From contig NZ_AP013043.1 in the NCBI RefSeq assembly GCF_016592615.1, forward strand, positions 330,001 to 362,000: a DNA stretch of 32,000 nt, written 5' to 3'. Positions within the stretch are counted from its first letter, which is position 1. Each line of letters starts with the position of its first letter. Of the stretch, positions 8,210 to 18,874 are shown piece after piece. The stretch is from Isorropodon fossajaponicum endosymbiont JTNG4. GTDB taxonomy: Bacteria; Pseudomonadota; Gammaproteobacteria; PS1; Pseudothioglobaceae. A program made the translations under genes and the position numbers. Under the pieces are notes generated by a model. The model was not told the DNA's origin. It did not search any database and was given only the letters and a program-made list of their open reading frames with translations.

Positions 8210-10447
8210 TTAATCAATTGCTTCAATGGAAGAGACATTTTGATAGCCTTTAGGTAAAAGGTTACCACGACACGCTCTGGCACTTATGTAATTACTCAAA
8301 TCTTGAAACTTGATGGTCAAATGACGCTTGCCTGCAATGACTTTCAAATGTTGAGTTTCTAGCAAAATACAGACACTCATCACAAACTCTTGTCTAGCCT
8401 TGACATCTTTAGTAGGGATTTGAATAAGTTTATTACCTTTACCTTTAGATAATATTGGCAATTCAGATATTGGAAATACCAATAATCGCCCACGATTTGT
8501 TGCCAGTGCAATAAATTGATTATCTAGATCATCCACATTAATAATCTTCATCACTTGTGCGCCTTTAGGCAGAGAAAGGGATGCTTTTCCTGCTTGTCTT
8601 GAAGATAACAAATCACCAATAGTAGCAATAAAACCATACCCTGCATCAGAAGCCAATAGGATATTTTGACTCGCCTTGCCCATCACCACATCAACAAATT
8701 GCGCCTCTGAAGGTGGACTTAGTTTACCTGTTAATGGCTCACCTTGCCCTCGCGCACTGGGTAGTGAATTAGCCAGTAGTGAATATGACCTACCTGTTGA
8801 GTCAATAAAAATTGCAGGTTTGTTGCTTTTGCCTTTCACACTGGTTAAATAACCATCGCCTGCTTTATAATTAAGCGTTGTTGGGTCAATATCATAACCT
8901 TTAGCACTTCGCACCCAGCCTTTATCGCTGAGCACGACAGTGACATTTTCAGCAGGTGCCAAATCATCCTCACTAAAGGCTTGAGCCGTATTTACATTGC
9001 TTTTAATGTTAGATCTACGCTCATCACCAAACTTTTTAATAATGGTTTTTAGTTCTTTTTTAATCAAGGTTTTAAGGCGCAAGTCACTTGAAAGTAGCAG
9101 TTCTAATTTTTCTTTCTCTAATGCCAAGTCTTGTTGCTCGGCTTGAATTTTAACTTCTTCTAATTTTACAAGATGGCGCAATTTTAGCTCTAAAATTGCC
9201 TCTGCTTGAATATCGCTCAATTTAAAATGATCGATTAATACTGGTTTAGGCTTATCATGCTCACGAATAATGGCAATCACTTCATCAATATTTAAAAAAG
9301 CAATGAGCAAGCCTTCTAAAATATGCAAACGCGCAAGAATTTTATCAAGGCGATAGGTTAAACGATTAGTCACAACTTGCATTCTGTAGCTTAACCATTC
9401 TTTAAGCATTGGAATGAGTGGCAGAACGCTTGGCTTGCCGTTTAAACCAATTACATTCATATTAACACGGTAGCTTTTTTCAAGTTCAGTTGTGGCAAAT
9501 AAGTGTAGCATTAATGCATCTGCGTTGACTCGATTAGAGCGTGGAACAATAACAATACGCGTTGGGTTTTCATGATCCGACTCATCTCGAATATCATCCA
9601 CCAAAGGTAGTTTTTTCGCGCGCATTTGTGCTGCAATTTGGGTGATTACCTTGGCACCAGAAGTTTGAAAAGGCAACGCTTCAATTACAATATTGCCTTT
9701 TTCTTTTTGATAAATAGCACGCATCTTAACCGACCCATGACCTGTTTCATAAATTTGCCTAAGATCTGTAGGTGAGGATACAATGTCAGCATCGGTAGGA
9801 TAATCAGGTGCTCGAATAATTTGCATGATGTCGTCTAAATCCATAGATGGCTTGTCCAATAGTGCAATACAAGCACTCACCACTTCGGTCAAGTTATGCG
9901 GTGGCACATCCGTTGCCATGCCCACAGCAATACCTGAGGTACCATTTAGTAATAAGTTGGGTACTTGTGCAGGCAGATTTTTAGGTTCTTGAAGCGAGCC
10001 ATCAAAATTATCTACCCAATTAACCGTGCCTTGATTAATTTCGCTGAGCAATAAATCTGCATAACGAGAAAGCTTACTTTCGGTATAACGCATCGCTGCA
10101 AATGATTTAGGGTCATCTGGTGCGCCCCAGTTCCCTTGCCCGTCAATAAACGGATAACGATAAGAGAATGGCTGCGCCATTAGTACCATCGCCTCATAGC
10201 AAGCACTGTCGCCATGCGGATGAAATTTACCAAGCACATCGCCCACCGTACGGGCTGATTTTTTAAACTTTGCTGTAGATTTCAGACCAAGCTCACTCAT
10301 TGCATAAACAATACGCCTTTGAACTGGTTTTAAGCCATCGCCAACAAAAGGCAATGCGCGATCAAGAATAACATACATCGAATAATCAAGATAAGCACGC
10401 TCACTAAACTCGGCGACACTTTGTTGTTCAAGACTAATCTGATTCAT
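8210..10447 (-). CDS. parC: DNA topoisomerase IV subunit A
   Basis: 745 aa. Motifs seen: [55 protein letters not shown] and AAMRYTE. There is no GyrA box and the protein is shorter than GyrA. Confidence 0.95.
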   Translation of the reverse strand: MNQISLEQQSVAEFSERAYLDYSMYVILDRALPFVGDGLKPVQRRIVYAMSELGLKSTAKFKKSARTVGDVLGKFHPHGDSACYEAMVLMAQPFSYRYPFIDGQGNWGAPDDPKSFAAMRYTESKLSRYADLLLSEINQGTVNWVDNFDGSLQEPKNLPAQVPNLLLNGTSGIAVGMATDVPPHNLTEVVSACIALLDKPSMDLDDIMQIIRAPDYPTDADIVSSPTDLRQIYETGHGSVKMRAIYQKEKGNIVIEALPFQTSGAKVITQIAAQMRAKKLPLVDDIRDESDHENPTRIVIVPRSNRVNADALMLHLFATTELEKSYRVNMNVIGLNGKPSVLPLIPMLKEWLSYRMQVVTNRLTYRLDKILARLHILEGLLIAFLNIDEVIAIIREHDKPKPVLIDHFKLSDIQAEAILELKLRHLVKLEEVKIQAEQQDLALEKEKLELLLSSDLRLKTLIKKELKTIIKKFGDERRSNIKSNVNTAQAFSEDDLAPAENVTVVLSDKGWVRSAKGYDIDPTTLNYKAGDGYLTSVKGKSNKPAIFIDSTGRSYSLLANSLPSARGQGEPLTGKLSPPSEAQFVDVVMGKASQNILLASDAGYGFIATIGDLLSSRQAGKASLSLPKGAQVMKIINVDDLDNQFIALATNRGRLLVFPISELPILSKGKGNKLIQIPTKDVKARQEFVMSVCILLETQHLKVIAGKRHLTIKFQDLSNYISARACRGNLLPKGYQNVSSIEAID

Positions 10448-10622
10448 TGATGATGTTAAGAATGGCTAAAATTAGACTGTATTTTAATTCAACTCTGTAG
10501 CCAAAAGGATAAAATTAAAAGTGGTTTTATGGCATCTAGGTAAGTTCTTATGTGGTGTGTTACTATTGAACATATCAAAGACAATTGACACTTTGCAATG
10601 CTCTAACCTACTTGGACACATT

Positions 10623-11526
<904 letters not shown>

Positions 11527-11894
11527 AAGATTTCATTGTCCCTTTGTGCGCGCCAAAGTTGTTTCTCAAGCAGTTGTATTGTTTGTTGTTCAGAAGTCAG
11601 CGCTTTGCCTGACTCTGGTGTTTGTCCACCAAGCTCTGCTAGGTATTGTTTTCTCCATCTGCTAACTGCTGAGGAGCAAGCTCCTGATATTATCATGATT
11701 TTTTTTATTGGTGTAATTCTCATGCACCATGAGTTTGGCATAATCTAGTGTTTCCCCCTCAAGGGGGTATTGAACAGAATGTTCAACGGTAAAAGTCACT
11801 CGTTGTTTTCTTGATTTATATTGTGTCATTACTGACCTCCTTATGGTTTGTATTATAAGGCTATCTTTGTGTCCAATAAAATTAGACTATTGCA

Positions 11895-12140
11895 GTATGG
11901 TATGTGCTATTTCAGGTTGTTGTGGGTAATTCGCTAACTTTAGAGACTCGTGAGGTGTTCTATACTCCAGCTCATTATACGGGTTTGTGGGATATGCGAT
12001 TAAATCTTAGGAAATCTGAGAGTTTAATTACTAAACACCAACAAACTAATAAGCCAAAAATTGACGAGCTGATACTGCCTGATGACAATATCATTGATAT
12101 TGGTAAAAGTGCAGATATTCAGCTTGGTTTTGATTTTTAG
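11895..12140 (+). pseudogene. Possible 3' stump of an unknown gene cut by the IS
   Basis: The frame of the 78-aa ORF (11904-12140) is open from the first base after the IS right end (11895: VWYVLFQVVVGNS...). I recognise no motif in it. Confidence 0.3.
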
Positions 12141-12161
12141 TGCTATTTGTTTCAGTTAAAA

Positions 12162-12464
12162 TCACAAACCTTTCAAAGTCATATTTTTCAGTAGTGCGGA
12201 GTTTAGTATATGCAATATATTCGCTCTTTTCCCATTACCTGACAACCTGTAATAAATATTGTACCTCTTAAATGCATAGCGTCTTATTCCTTTGGGTTCG
12301 TTGTATATAGGGCAAAATAGTGGAAATTCTGAAATTATATTTATACTACTTGTTAAGAGCTCCACACTAAAACTTTCAGCTCTTTGTAGGTTGTCTTGTG
12401 CAATATATTCTTTGAATATATCTAGGTCTTTTCTCGCCTTGCGAGAAATATGAACTTCTACCAT
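12162..12464 (-). CDS. parE: Type II toxin, ParE/RelE superfamily (the plasmid-stabilisation toxin, not topo IV subunit B)
   Basis: 100 aa. It shows ...KARKDLDIFKEYIAQDN...AESF...EFP...YAFKRYNIYYRL...ANILHILNSA, a typical ParE layout. It overlaps the upstream antitoxin gene by 7 nt. Confidence 0.8.
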   Translation of the reverse strand: MVEVHISRKARKDLDIFKEYIAQDNLQRAESFSVELLTSSINIISEFPLFCPIYNEPKGIRRYAFKRYNIYYRLSGNGKRANILHILNSALLKNMTLKGL

Positions 12465-12688
12465 TGTGAAATAGGTTTAGCAAGTACCTCTTCAATATTA
12501 TCGTGTCTTAATTCCATAAAACGACCAGCTTCAATATCGGCTATTCCCTCATTGATGCCCTCATTAATTTTGTGCCTTACTAAAGCTTCTAGAGCCTCAT
12601 AAACAAGGTCTTCTGCTGATTGGTAACTACCAGTAGAAACCTGTTCTTGCACCATTTCAGCTACAGAGCCATGTAGTGTTATTGTCAT
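12458..12688 (-). CDS. parD: Type II antitoxin, ParD family (COG3609-like)
   Basis: 76 aa. The sequence ...VSTGSYQSAEDLVYEALEALV...GIADIEAGRF... resembles ParD antitoxins. AAGGT lies 8 nt before the ATG. Confidence 0.78.
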   Translation of the reverse strand: MTITLHGSVAEMVQEQVSTGSYQSAEDLVYEALEALVRHKINEGINEGIADIEAGRFMELRHDNIEEVLAKPISQW

Positions 12689-12717
12689 AATTTTTACCTT
12701 ACAAATTAATTATAATC

Positions 12718-12744
12718 ACTATATCAAATCCACGGATAAGTCAA
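12718..12744 (-). promoter_or_regulatory. Candidate sigma70 promoter for parDE
   Basis: On the minus strand: TTGACT (12744-12739), 15 nt, TATAGT (12723-12718), about 30 nt upstream of the parD ATG. The spacer is short and the background is AT-rich, so this is weak. Confidence 0.25.
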
Positions 12745-12761
12745 TAACAAATATAAGGTAT

Positions 12762-13780
12762 CTAAGAGATTTTCAATTTATCCAAATAATCAGTATACCA
12801 CTGCATTAATTCTACCCTTTCAGGTAAATATTCAGCACGATTATAAGCTCCACGCACTTTATTTCGTTCTTGATGGGCAAGTTGTTTTTCAATCACATCG
12901 GATTTGAAATTATGCTCATTTTAAAATAGTTGATGCCATGGCTCTAAAGCCGTGCATCACCATTTTGCCAATATATTTGCCATTATTAATGTTTGCGAAT
13001 GGCTTTGTTAAGACCCTCAGGACACATGGCTCTATTGCTGTCTTTGTCATTTGGGAATATGTAGTCGCTACGTCCTGTAGTGGGTTTGAGTTTTAATAGT
13101 AGTTCTTTTACTTGTGTTGATATTGGGATTAAGTGGTCTCTTTTCATTTTCATAAACTCAGCAGAAATAATCCACTGGTTTTTATCAAAATCAATCCATT
13201 CCCATTTTGAGTTTGTTAACTCGCCGGTTCTTATAAAAATATATGGGATGATTTGCAAGCCATACTTAACTTTTTTTGCCGTGATAATCTGAAATGGCTT
13301 TTAGAAGTTCAGCTATTTTTTCTTTATCAGTTAATGTTGGCATATGTTTGTTGATAGATGTTTTTAGCGTTCCCCTGTAATCTGCTGTCATGTCTCTTGT
13401 GCAGTATCCCTTGGCTACACCGTAACGAAATACCATAGAAGCACAGTTATGGCCCTATTGCTAGTTTCAATAAGCCCCTCCTCTTGGATGTTTTCCATGA
13501 TGTTAAACAGCATTGGTGGTTCAATTTTTTTGGCTGGTAATTTGCCAATTTTAGGAAAGAGATAATTATTTAGTCTACCTAATACTTTGTTGTCTTTGTA
13601 TATGCCAGTTTTCTGTTTTTTATCATGCCATTCAAGTACCACTTCTTTAAATGTTCTATCAGAAGTAAGTTTTACTTTCTCACTAAATTTATATGTGGAT
13701 GGATTAATGCCTTTATCAATCAAATCTAGGTATTGCCGATGTTTTGCTTTTGCTTTTTTGATTTCAAATTCTGTTGCCAT
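12762..13780 (-). pseudogene. P4-type tyrosine integrase. The N-terminal domain is missing and there are at least 4 frameshifts.
   Basis: The pieces lie in different frames. Piece 1: EIKKAKAKHRQYLDLIDKGINPS...LFPKIGKLPAKKIEPPML...EEGLIETSNRA. Piece 2: VFRYGVAKGYCTRDMTADYRGTL...HMPTLTDKEKIAELLKAISDYHGKK. Piece 3: IFIRTGELTNSKWEWIDFDKNQWIISAEFMKMKRDHLIPIS. Piece 4: HGFRAMASTIL. Piece 5: NEHNFKSDVIEKQLAHQERNKVRGAYNRAEYLPERVELMQWYTDYLD. The shifts fall near 13435, in an A7 run near 13270, near 12988 and near 12925. Confidence 0.88.
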
Positions 13781-14177
13781 GATGTTTTATCTGCTGGTAA
13801 TTTTTGATATTTTACTGGTATATCATTAAAAAATGTATACTAAATTGTATACCACTTTTTATGAAAATCAGTAAAACTTTATGAAACGATTTGAAACAAA
13901 CTATTGTTGTAAGTTATTGAAAATAAGGTGTTATTTACAGTAAACTGAACAATTATGAAACAGGATAAAACATAGGTTCTGTGGCACCTATAACCACCAT
14001 ATAATATCAATGTTTTAACACGTATTTTTTTGTCTATCATATAAGACTAGCCTCATAATTGAGTCAGTTGTTCCTATTGTGTGATCACTTTTTGTTATAA
14101 AACAATCATTTGGGAGTGTCTTGATTGAAGGGTGGTTTTTACGTATAATTATTCAGTTTTTGTTCAAGGAATTTTAT

Positions 14178-16163
14178 ATGCCATCACGCAGAGATTTAGC
14201 AAATGCCATTCGTGCTCTAAGCATGGACGCAGTTCAAAAGGCAAATTCAGGTCATCCAGGTGCACCAATGGGTATGGCAGATATTGCACAAGTACTTTGG
14301 AATGATCATTTGAAGTACAACCCAACACACGCTAAATGGGCTGACCGCGACCGTTTTGTGTTATCAAACGGGCATGGCTCGATGCTGATTTATTCATTGC
14401 TACATTTATCAGGTTATGACCTTAGCATGGAGGATATTAAAAATTTTCGTCAATTGCATGCCAAAACCGCAGGTCATCCTGAATATGGTTATGCAGATGG
14501 TATTGAGACAACAACAGGTCCATTAGGACAAGGTCTTACCAATGCAGTTGGCATGGCAATTGCCGAGCGTACATTAGGGGCACAGTTTAACAAGCCAGGT
14601 CATGATATTGTTGACCACAATACCTATGTATTTATGGGTGATGGTTGTTTAATGGAAGGCTTGTCTCATGAATCTTGCGCTATGGCAGGCACGTTGGGGC
14701 TTGGCAAATTGGTTGCGTTTTGGGACGATAATGACATCTCTATTGATGGCCATATTTCTGATTGGATGGAAAAAGATGTAGCAGGTCGTTTTGAGTCTTA
14801 TGGTTGGCATGTTGTTCGTGATGTTGATGGTCATGATGCTGACGCAATTAATGTAGCTATTAATGCAGCCAAAGCTGAAACCGCTAAACCTTCACTTATT
14901 TGTACACGCACAACCATTGGTTTTGGTTCGCCTAATTTATGTGGCACGCATAATTGTCATGGCGCGCCATTGGGTGATGATGAAATTGCAGCAACTCGCA
15001 AAGAATTGGGTTGGGATTCTGCACCATTTGAAATCCCTGCAGATATTTATGCAGGTTGGGACCATAAAGAAAAAGGTGCTACTGATGAATCAGCTTGGGA
15101 TGTTAAATTTGCAGCTTATAAGGCTGGGTTTCCGGCAGATGCTGCTGAGTTTGAGCGTCGCATGTCGGGTGATTTGCCTGCTGATTTTGCAGTTGAAATG
15201 GATAAATTTATTGCTAAAACGCAAGAAGAGATGCCAAACATTGCTTCTCGTCAAGCCTCTCAACGTGCGATTGAGGCCATGGGCCCTTTACTACCAGAAA
15301 TGTTTGGTGGCTCTGCTGATTTGACTGGCTCTAACCTAACTAATTGGTCAGGCACTGTAAAAGTCAATGCACAAAATGCAAATGGTAATTATCTTTCATG
15401 GGGCGTTCGTGAATTTGGTATGGCGCACATGATGAATGGCATGGTGCTTCATGGTGGTTTTAAGGTTTATGGCGCAACCTTCTTTATGTTTATGGAATTT
15501 ATGCGTAATGCGTTACGCATGTCCGCACTAATGAAAATTGGCACAATTTATGTTTATACCCATGATTCTATCGGTCTGGGTGAAGATGGCCCTACGCATC
15601 AGCCAGTTGAGCAGTTGGCAACCATGCGTATGATTCCTAATTTCCAGTCTTGGAGAGGATGCGATGCAGTGGAATCAGCAGTGTCTTGGAAAATGGCGAT
15701 GCTTAGAGGCAATGCACCAACAGGATTGGTTTTTTCACGCCAAACTTTAACAGCAATGGCGCGAACTTCTGAGCAAGTGGCTAATATTGAAAAAGGCGGT
15801 TATGTCCTTAAAGATTGTGAAGGTGCGGCTGATATTATTTTTATTACAACGGGTTCTGAAGTGGGCTTGGCAATTGAAGCAGCAGCAGCAATGGATGTCA
15901 AGGTACGCGTCGTTTCAATGCCTTGTACAAATGCTTATGATGATCAAGATCAGGCTTATAAAGACTCAGTTTTGACACCAGGTGTTAAGCGCCTTGCAAT
16001 TGAGGCAGGTGTTGGTGATGGATGGTACAAATACGTAGGTCTAGATGGTGATGTGGTTTGTATGACAACCTTCGGTGAGTCTGCGCCAGCGGATCAATTA
16101 TTTAAAGCATTTGGTTTTACAACAGATAACGTTATTGCAAAAGCGAAAGCCGTTATTGGTTAA
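14178..16163 (+). CDS. tkt: Transketolase
   Basis: [40 protein letters not shown] and [16 protein letters not shown] are present. I chose the ATG at 14178 (AAGGA 9 nt upstream) rather than the track start at 14121. Confidence 0.95.
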   Translation: MPSRRDLANAIRALSMDAVQKANSGHPGAPMGMADIAQVLWNDHLKYNPTHAKWADRDRFVLSNGHGSMLIYSLLHLSGYDLSMEDIKNFRQLHAKTAGHPEYGYADGIETTTGPLGQGLTNAVGMAIAERTLGAQFNKPGHDIVDHNTYVFMGDGCLMEGLSHESCAMAGTLGLGKLVAFWDDNDISIDGHISDWMEKDVAGRFESYGWHVVRDVDGHDADAINVAINAAKAETAKPSLICTRTTIGFGSPNLCGTHNCHGAPLGDDEIAATRKELGWDSAPFEIPADIYAGWDHKEKGATDESAWDVKFAAYKAGFPADAAEFERRMSGDLPADFAVEMDKFIAKTQEEMPNIASRQASQRAIEAMGPLLPEMFGGSADLTGSNLTNWSGTVKVNAQNANGNYLSWGVREFGMAHMMNGMVLHGGFKVYGATFFMFMEFMRNALRMSALMKIGTIYVYTHDSIGLGEDGPTHQPVEQLATMRMIPNFQSWRGCDAVESAVSWKMAMLRGNAPTGLVFSRQTLTAMARTSEQVANIEKGGYVLKDCEGAADIIFITTGSEVGLAIEAAAAMDVKVRVVSMPCTNAYDDQDQAYKDSVLTPGVKRLAIEAGVGDGWYKYVGLDGDVVCMTTFGESAPADQLFKAFGFTTDNVIAKAKAVIG

Positions 16164-16270
16164 ATAATGAATTTAAACACGGTGAGAGTTACTGATAATT
16201 TTTTTAGTGTTTTTAATGAGATTTATGCCCAAATGGCATAATGTAATGAAGTAAAAAAGGGAGTGAGAAA

Positions 16271-17266
16271 ATGGTAATAAAAATAGGTATTAATGGTTTT
16301 GGTCGTATTGGTCGTATGGTATTTCGTGCCATTGCAAAGGATTTTCCAGAACTAGAAGTAGTCGGCATTAACGACTTATTAGACAATGATTACTTAGCAT
16401 ATATGCTTAAGTATGATACAGCCCACGGTCGTTTTAACGGTGATATTGCAGTTGATGGTGATAATTTTGTCATCAATGGCAAAAAAATTCGCTTGTCAGC
16501 TGAACGCAATCCTGCTGATCTTGCGTGGGGTGATATTGATGTAGATGTGGCCATTGACTGTACTGGTTTTTTCTTAACTGAAGAATCTTGCCAGGCACAC
16601 ATTGATGCAGGTGCAAAAAAAGTGGTTCAATCAGCACCTTCTAAAGACGATACACCAATGTTTGTCTATGGTGTAAATCACATCAAATATGCAGGTCAAG
16701 CCATTATTTCAGCAGCGTCTTGCACCACCAATTGTCTTGCGCCAATCGCTAAAGTGATTAATGATAATTGGGGATTAAAGCGTGGTCTAATGACGACAGT
16801 TCATGCATCAACAGCAACACAAAAAACGGTTGATGGTCCTTCAATGAAAGATTGGAGAGGTGGTCGTGCGGTGTTTGAGAATATCATTCCTTCATCAACA
16901 GGTGCTGCTAAAGCAGTCGGCGTTGTATTGCCAGAGCTTAATGGCAAATTAACAGGTATGGCATTTCGTATTCCATCGGTTGATGTTTCAGTGGTTGATT
17001 TAACTTGCGAGTTGAACAAGAGTGCCACTTATGAGCAAATTTGTGATGCTATGAAAGAGGCATCAGAAGGCTCAATGAAAGGCACATTGGCCTACACTGA
17101 AGACTTAGTTGTATCAAGTGATTTCCGTGGTTTTAGCGCTTCTTCAATTTTTGATTCTGGTGCAGGCATTGCACTGGATGATACGTTTGTTAAAGTTGTG
17201 TCTTGGTATGATAACGAGTATGGTTATACTTGTAATATGCTTCGTTTAGTTGAGCATGTTGCTTAA
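16271..17266 (+). CDS. gap: Glyceraldehyde-3-phosphate dehydrogenase, type I
   Basis: INGFGRIGR, the SCTTNCLAP active site and WYDNEYGY are present. GGGAG lies upstream of the ATG. Confidence 0.95.
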   Translation: MVIKIGINGFGRIGRMVFRAIAKDFPELEVVGINDLLDNDYLAYMLKYDTAHGRFNGDIAVDGDNFVINGKKIRLSAERNPADLAWGDIDVDVAIDCTGFFLTEESCQAHIDAGAKKVVQSAPSKDDTPMFVYGVNHIKYAGQAIISAASCTTNCLAPIAKVINDNWGLKRGLMTTVHASTATQKTVDGPSMKDWRGGRAVFENIIPSSTGAAKAVGVVLPELNGKLTGMAFRIPSVDVSVVDLTCELNKSATYEQICDAMKEASEGSMKGTLAYTEDLVVSSDFRGFSASSIFDSGAGIALDDTFVKVVSWYDNEYGYTCNMLRLVEHVA

Positions 17267-17278
17267 ACTATTAAAAAT

Positions 17279-17305
17279 ACGGCTCGTGATACGAGTCGTG
17301 CTTTT
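17279..17305 (+). terminator. Candidate intrinsic terminator or attenuator after gap
   Basis: An 8-bp stem, ACGGCTCG / CGAGTCGT (one G-U pair), has a 5-nt loop and is followed by GCTTTT. It ends at the base before the DUF302 ATG. Confidence 0.35.
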
Positions 17306-17679
17306 ATGTCAAATTTATATATTAAAAGCTCACAACTTAGTGTTGGTGAGGTAATTGAAAAACTCAAGCAGGCCGTTATAGACAACCAATTTGGCATTTT
17401 GCATGTTTTTGACATTAAACAAACATTGGCAGAAGAATGCCACATATTCGAAGTTTGTAATCCAAAAATTGCAAAAGATATTCTTGGAAAGGGTATTAAT
17501 TTAGCCATAATGTTGCCGTGTCGAATTTCGGTATATACTCAGGATAATGTTACTAAAGTTGGATTGGCATTACCCTCTAAGCAGATTTCTCAACTGTCAA
17601 ATGCTAATGGGGGCTATTGTCATTAGTTGAGCCTGTTGAAAAAAGCCTGATTAAAATTGTTAATCAGGCTATTGCATAA
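17306..17679 (+). pseudogene. DUF302-family protein, probably decayed (internal deletion plus C-terminal frameshift)
   Basis: GILHVFDIKQTL...IFEVCNPKIAKDIL...MLPCRISVY fits DUF302 as I recall it. About 10 residues seem to be missing after TLAEE. The expected C-terminal helix ([17 protein letters not shown]) is in another frame after the G5 run near 17610. No SD is visible. Confidence 0.5.
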
Positions 17680-17698
17680 ATTAAGTAGGAGAATTATT

Positions 17699-18874
17699 AT
17701 GTCAGTTATTAATTTATCAGATTTGGATTTAAGTTCAAAGCGAGTGTTAATTCGTCAAGACCTTAATGTCCCAATTTCTAATGGGGTTGTTACCAGTGAT
17801 AAGCGTATTAAAGCTTCTCTGCCAACCATTGAAATGGCTTTAAAACAAGGTGCTAAAGTCATGCTAATGTCACACCGTGGGCGTCCAATTGAAGGCGAGC
17901 CAAGTGATGAATTTAGCCTACAACCTGTTGCTGATCGTTTGAGTGAATTGTTAAACATTACAGTACGTTTAGAAAAAGATTGGTTAGATGGTGTTCAAAT
18001 GAACGATGGTGAAGTGGTACTTTGTGAAAACGTACGCTTTAATGCTGGTGAAATGGCTAATGACGATAACTTATCTAAGCGTATGGCTTTGATGTGTGAT
18101 ATTTTTGCGATGGACGCATTTGGTACTGCGCATCGCGCTCAGGCGTCTACTCATGGTGTTGCTAAATATGCACCCATTGCTTGTTCAGGTCCATTATTAT
18201 CGGGTGAGCTTGATGCGCTTGGCAAGGCATTAGATAACCCTAAGCGTCCAATGGTTGCGATTGTTGGTGGCTCTAAAGTTTCAACAAAATTGACCGTACT
18301 TGAGTCTTTATCCAAAATAGTGGATCAGCTGGTTGTAGGTGGTGGTATTGCCAATACCTTTATTGCGGCTCAGGGTTTTAATGTGGGCAAATCTTTGTGT
18401 GAACATGATTTTATTCTAACGGCTAAAAAACTCATGGAAGATTGTGAAATTCTAGTGCCAACAGACGTAGTTTGTGGCAAGGAGTTTTCAGAAACTGCTG
18501 AGGCACAGGCCAAAGCATCTACCGATGTTGCTGATGATGATATGATTTTTGATATTGGACCTGAGTCTGCTAAGCAGTTAGCTGAAATTATGAAAAATGC
18601 AGGTACGATTGTGTGGAACGGCCCAGTTGGGGTGTTTGAATTTGATCAATTTGCTGGTGGTACCAAGACATTGGGTAAGGCAATTGCTGAATCTGATGCA
18701 TTTTCAATTGCTGGTGGTGGTGATACATTGGCAGCTGTTGATAAATACGGTATTGAAGACAAAATAAGCTATATTTCAACAGGTGGCGGTGCATTTTTAG
18801 AGTTTTTAGAGGGCAAAACATTGCCAGCAGTAGAAATTTTAGAACAAAGGACTGCGGGTGTAGATTTTGCCTAG
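17699..18874 (+). CDS. pgk: Phosphoglycerate kinase
   Basis: [25 protein letters not shown]... and [13 protein letters not shown] are present. I chose the ATG at 17699 (TAGGAG upstream) rather than the track start at 17657. Confidence 0.95.
   Translation: MSVINLSDLDLSSKRVLIRQDLNVPISNGVVTSDKRIKASLPTIEMALKQGAKVMLMSHRGRPIEGEPSDEFSLQPVADRLSELLNITVRLEKDWLDGVQMNDGEVVLCENVRFNAGEMANDDNLSKRMALMCDIFAMDAFGTAHRAQASTHGVAKYAPIACSGPLLSGELDALGKALDNPKRPMVAIVGGSKVSTKLTVLESLSKIVDQLVVGGGIANTFIAAQGFNVGKSLCEHDFILTAKKLMEDCEILVPTDVVCGKEFSETAEAQAKASTDVADDDMIFDIGPESAKQLAEIMKNAGTIVWNGPVGVFEFDQFAGGTKTLGKAIAESDAFSIAGGGDTLAAVDKYGIEDKISYISTGGGAFLEFLEGKTLPAVEILEQRTAGVDFA

Noticed and set aside
10468-10483. 12-nt match (TAAAATTAGACT) to the IS3 right inverted repeat, located just upstream of the parC start
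   Set aside because: It could be a solo-IR relic, but similarity does not extend beyond 12-13 nt and the sequence is AT-rich. That is too short to call without a genome-wide search.
14121-14177. 19-codon N-terminal extension of transketolase in the ORF track (also the 14-codon extension of pgk at 17657)
   Set aside because: The extensions are hydrophobic or unconserved-looking and lack an SD. Internal ATGs at 14178 and 17699 have good SDs and give canonical N-termini.
13781-14177. A tRNA or tmRNA gene expected next to the P4-type integrase (GGTTCTGTGGCACCTATAACCACCA at about 13974-14000 caught my eye)
   Set aside because: There is no T-arm/acceptor pairing or GTTCRANYC-type loop, and no cloverleaf can be drawn. 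This should still be confirmed with tRNAscan-SE or ARAGORN.
14863-15324. 153-aa alternative-frame ORF inside tkt. Similar long shadow ORFs occur at 19433-19894 (antisense to pyk), 23972-24415, 4454-5001 and 6015-6962.
   Set aside because: All are embedded in well-supported genes and have low-complexity or Leu/Ile/Ser-rich translations typical of off-frame reading of AT-rich genes. None has start signals.
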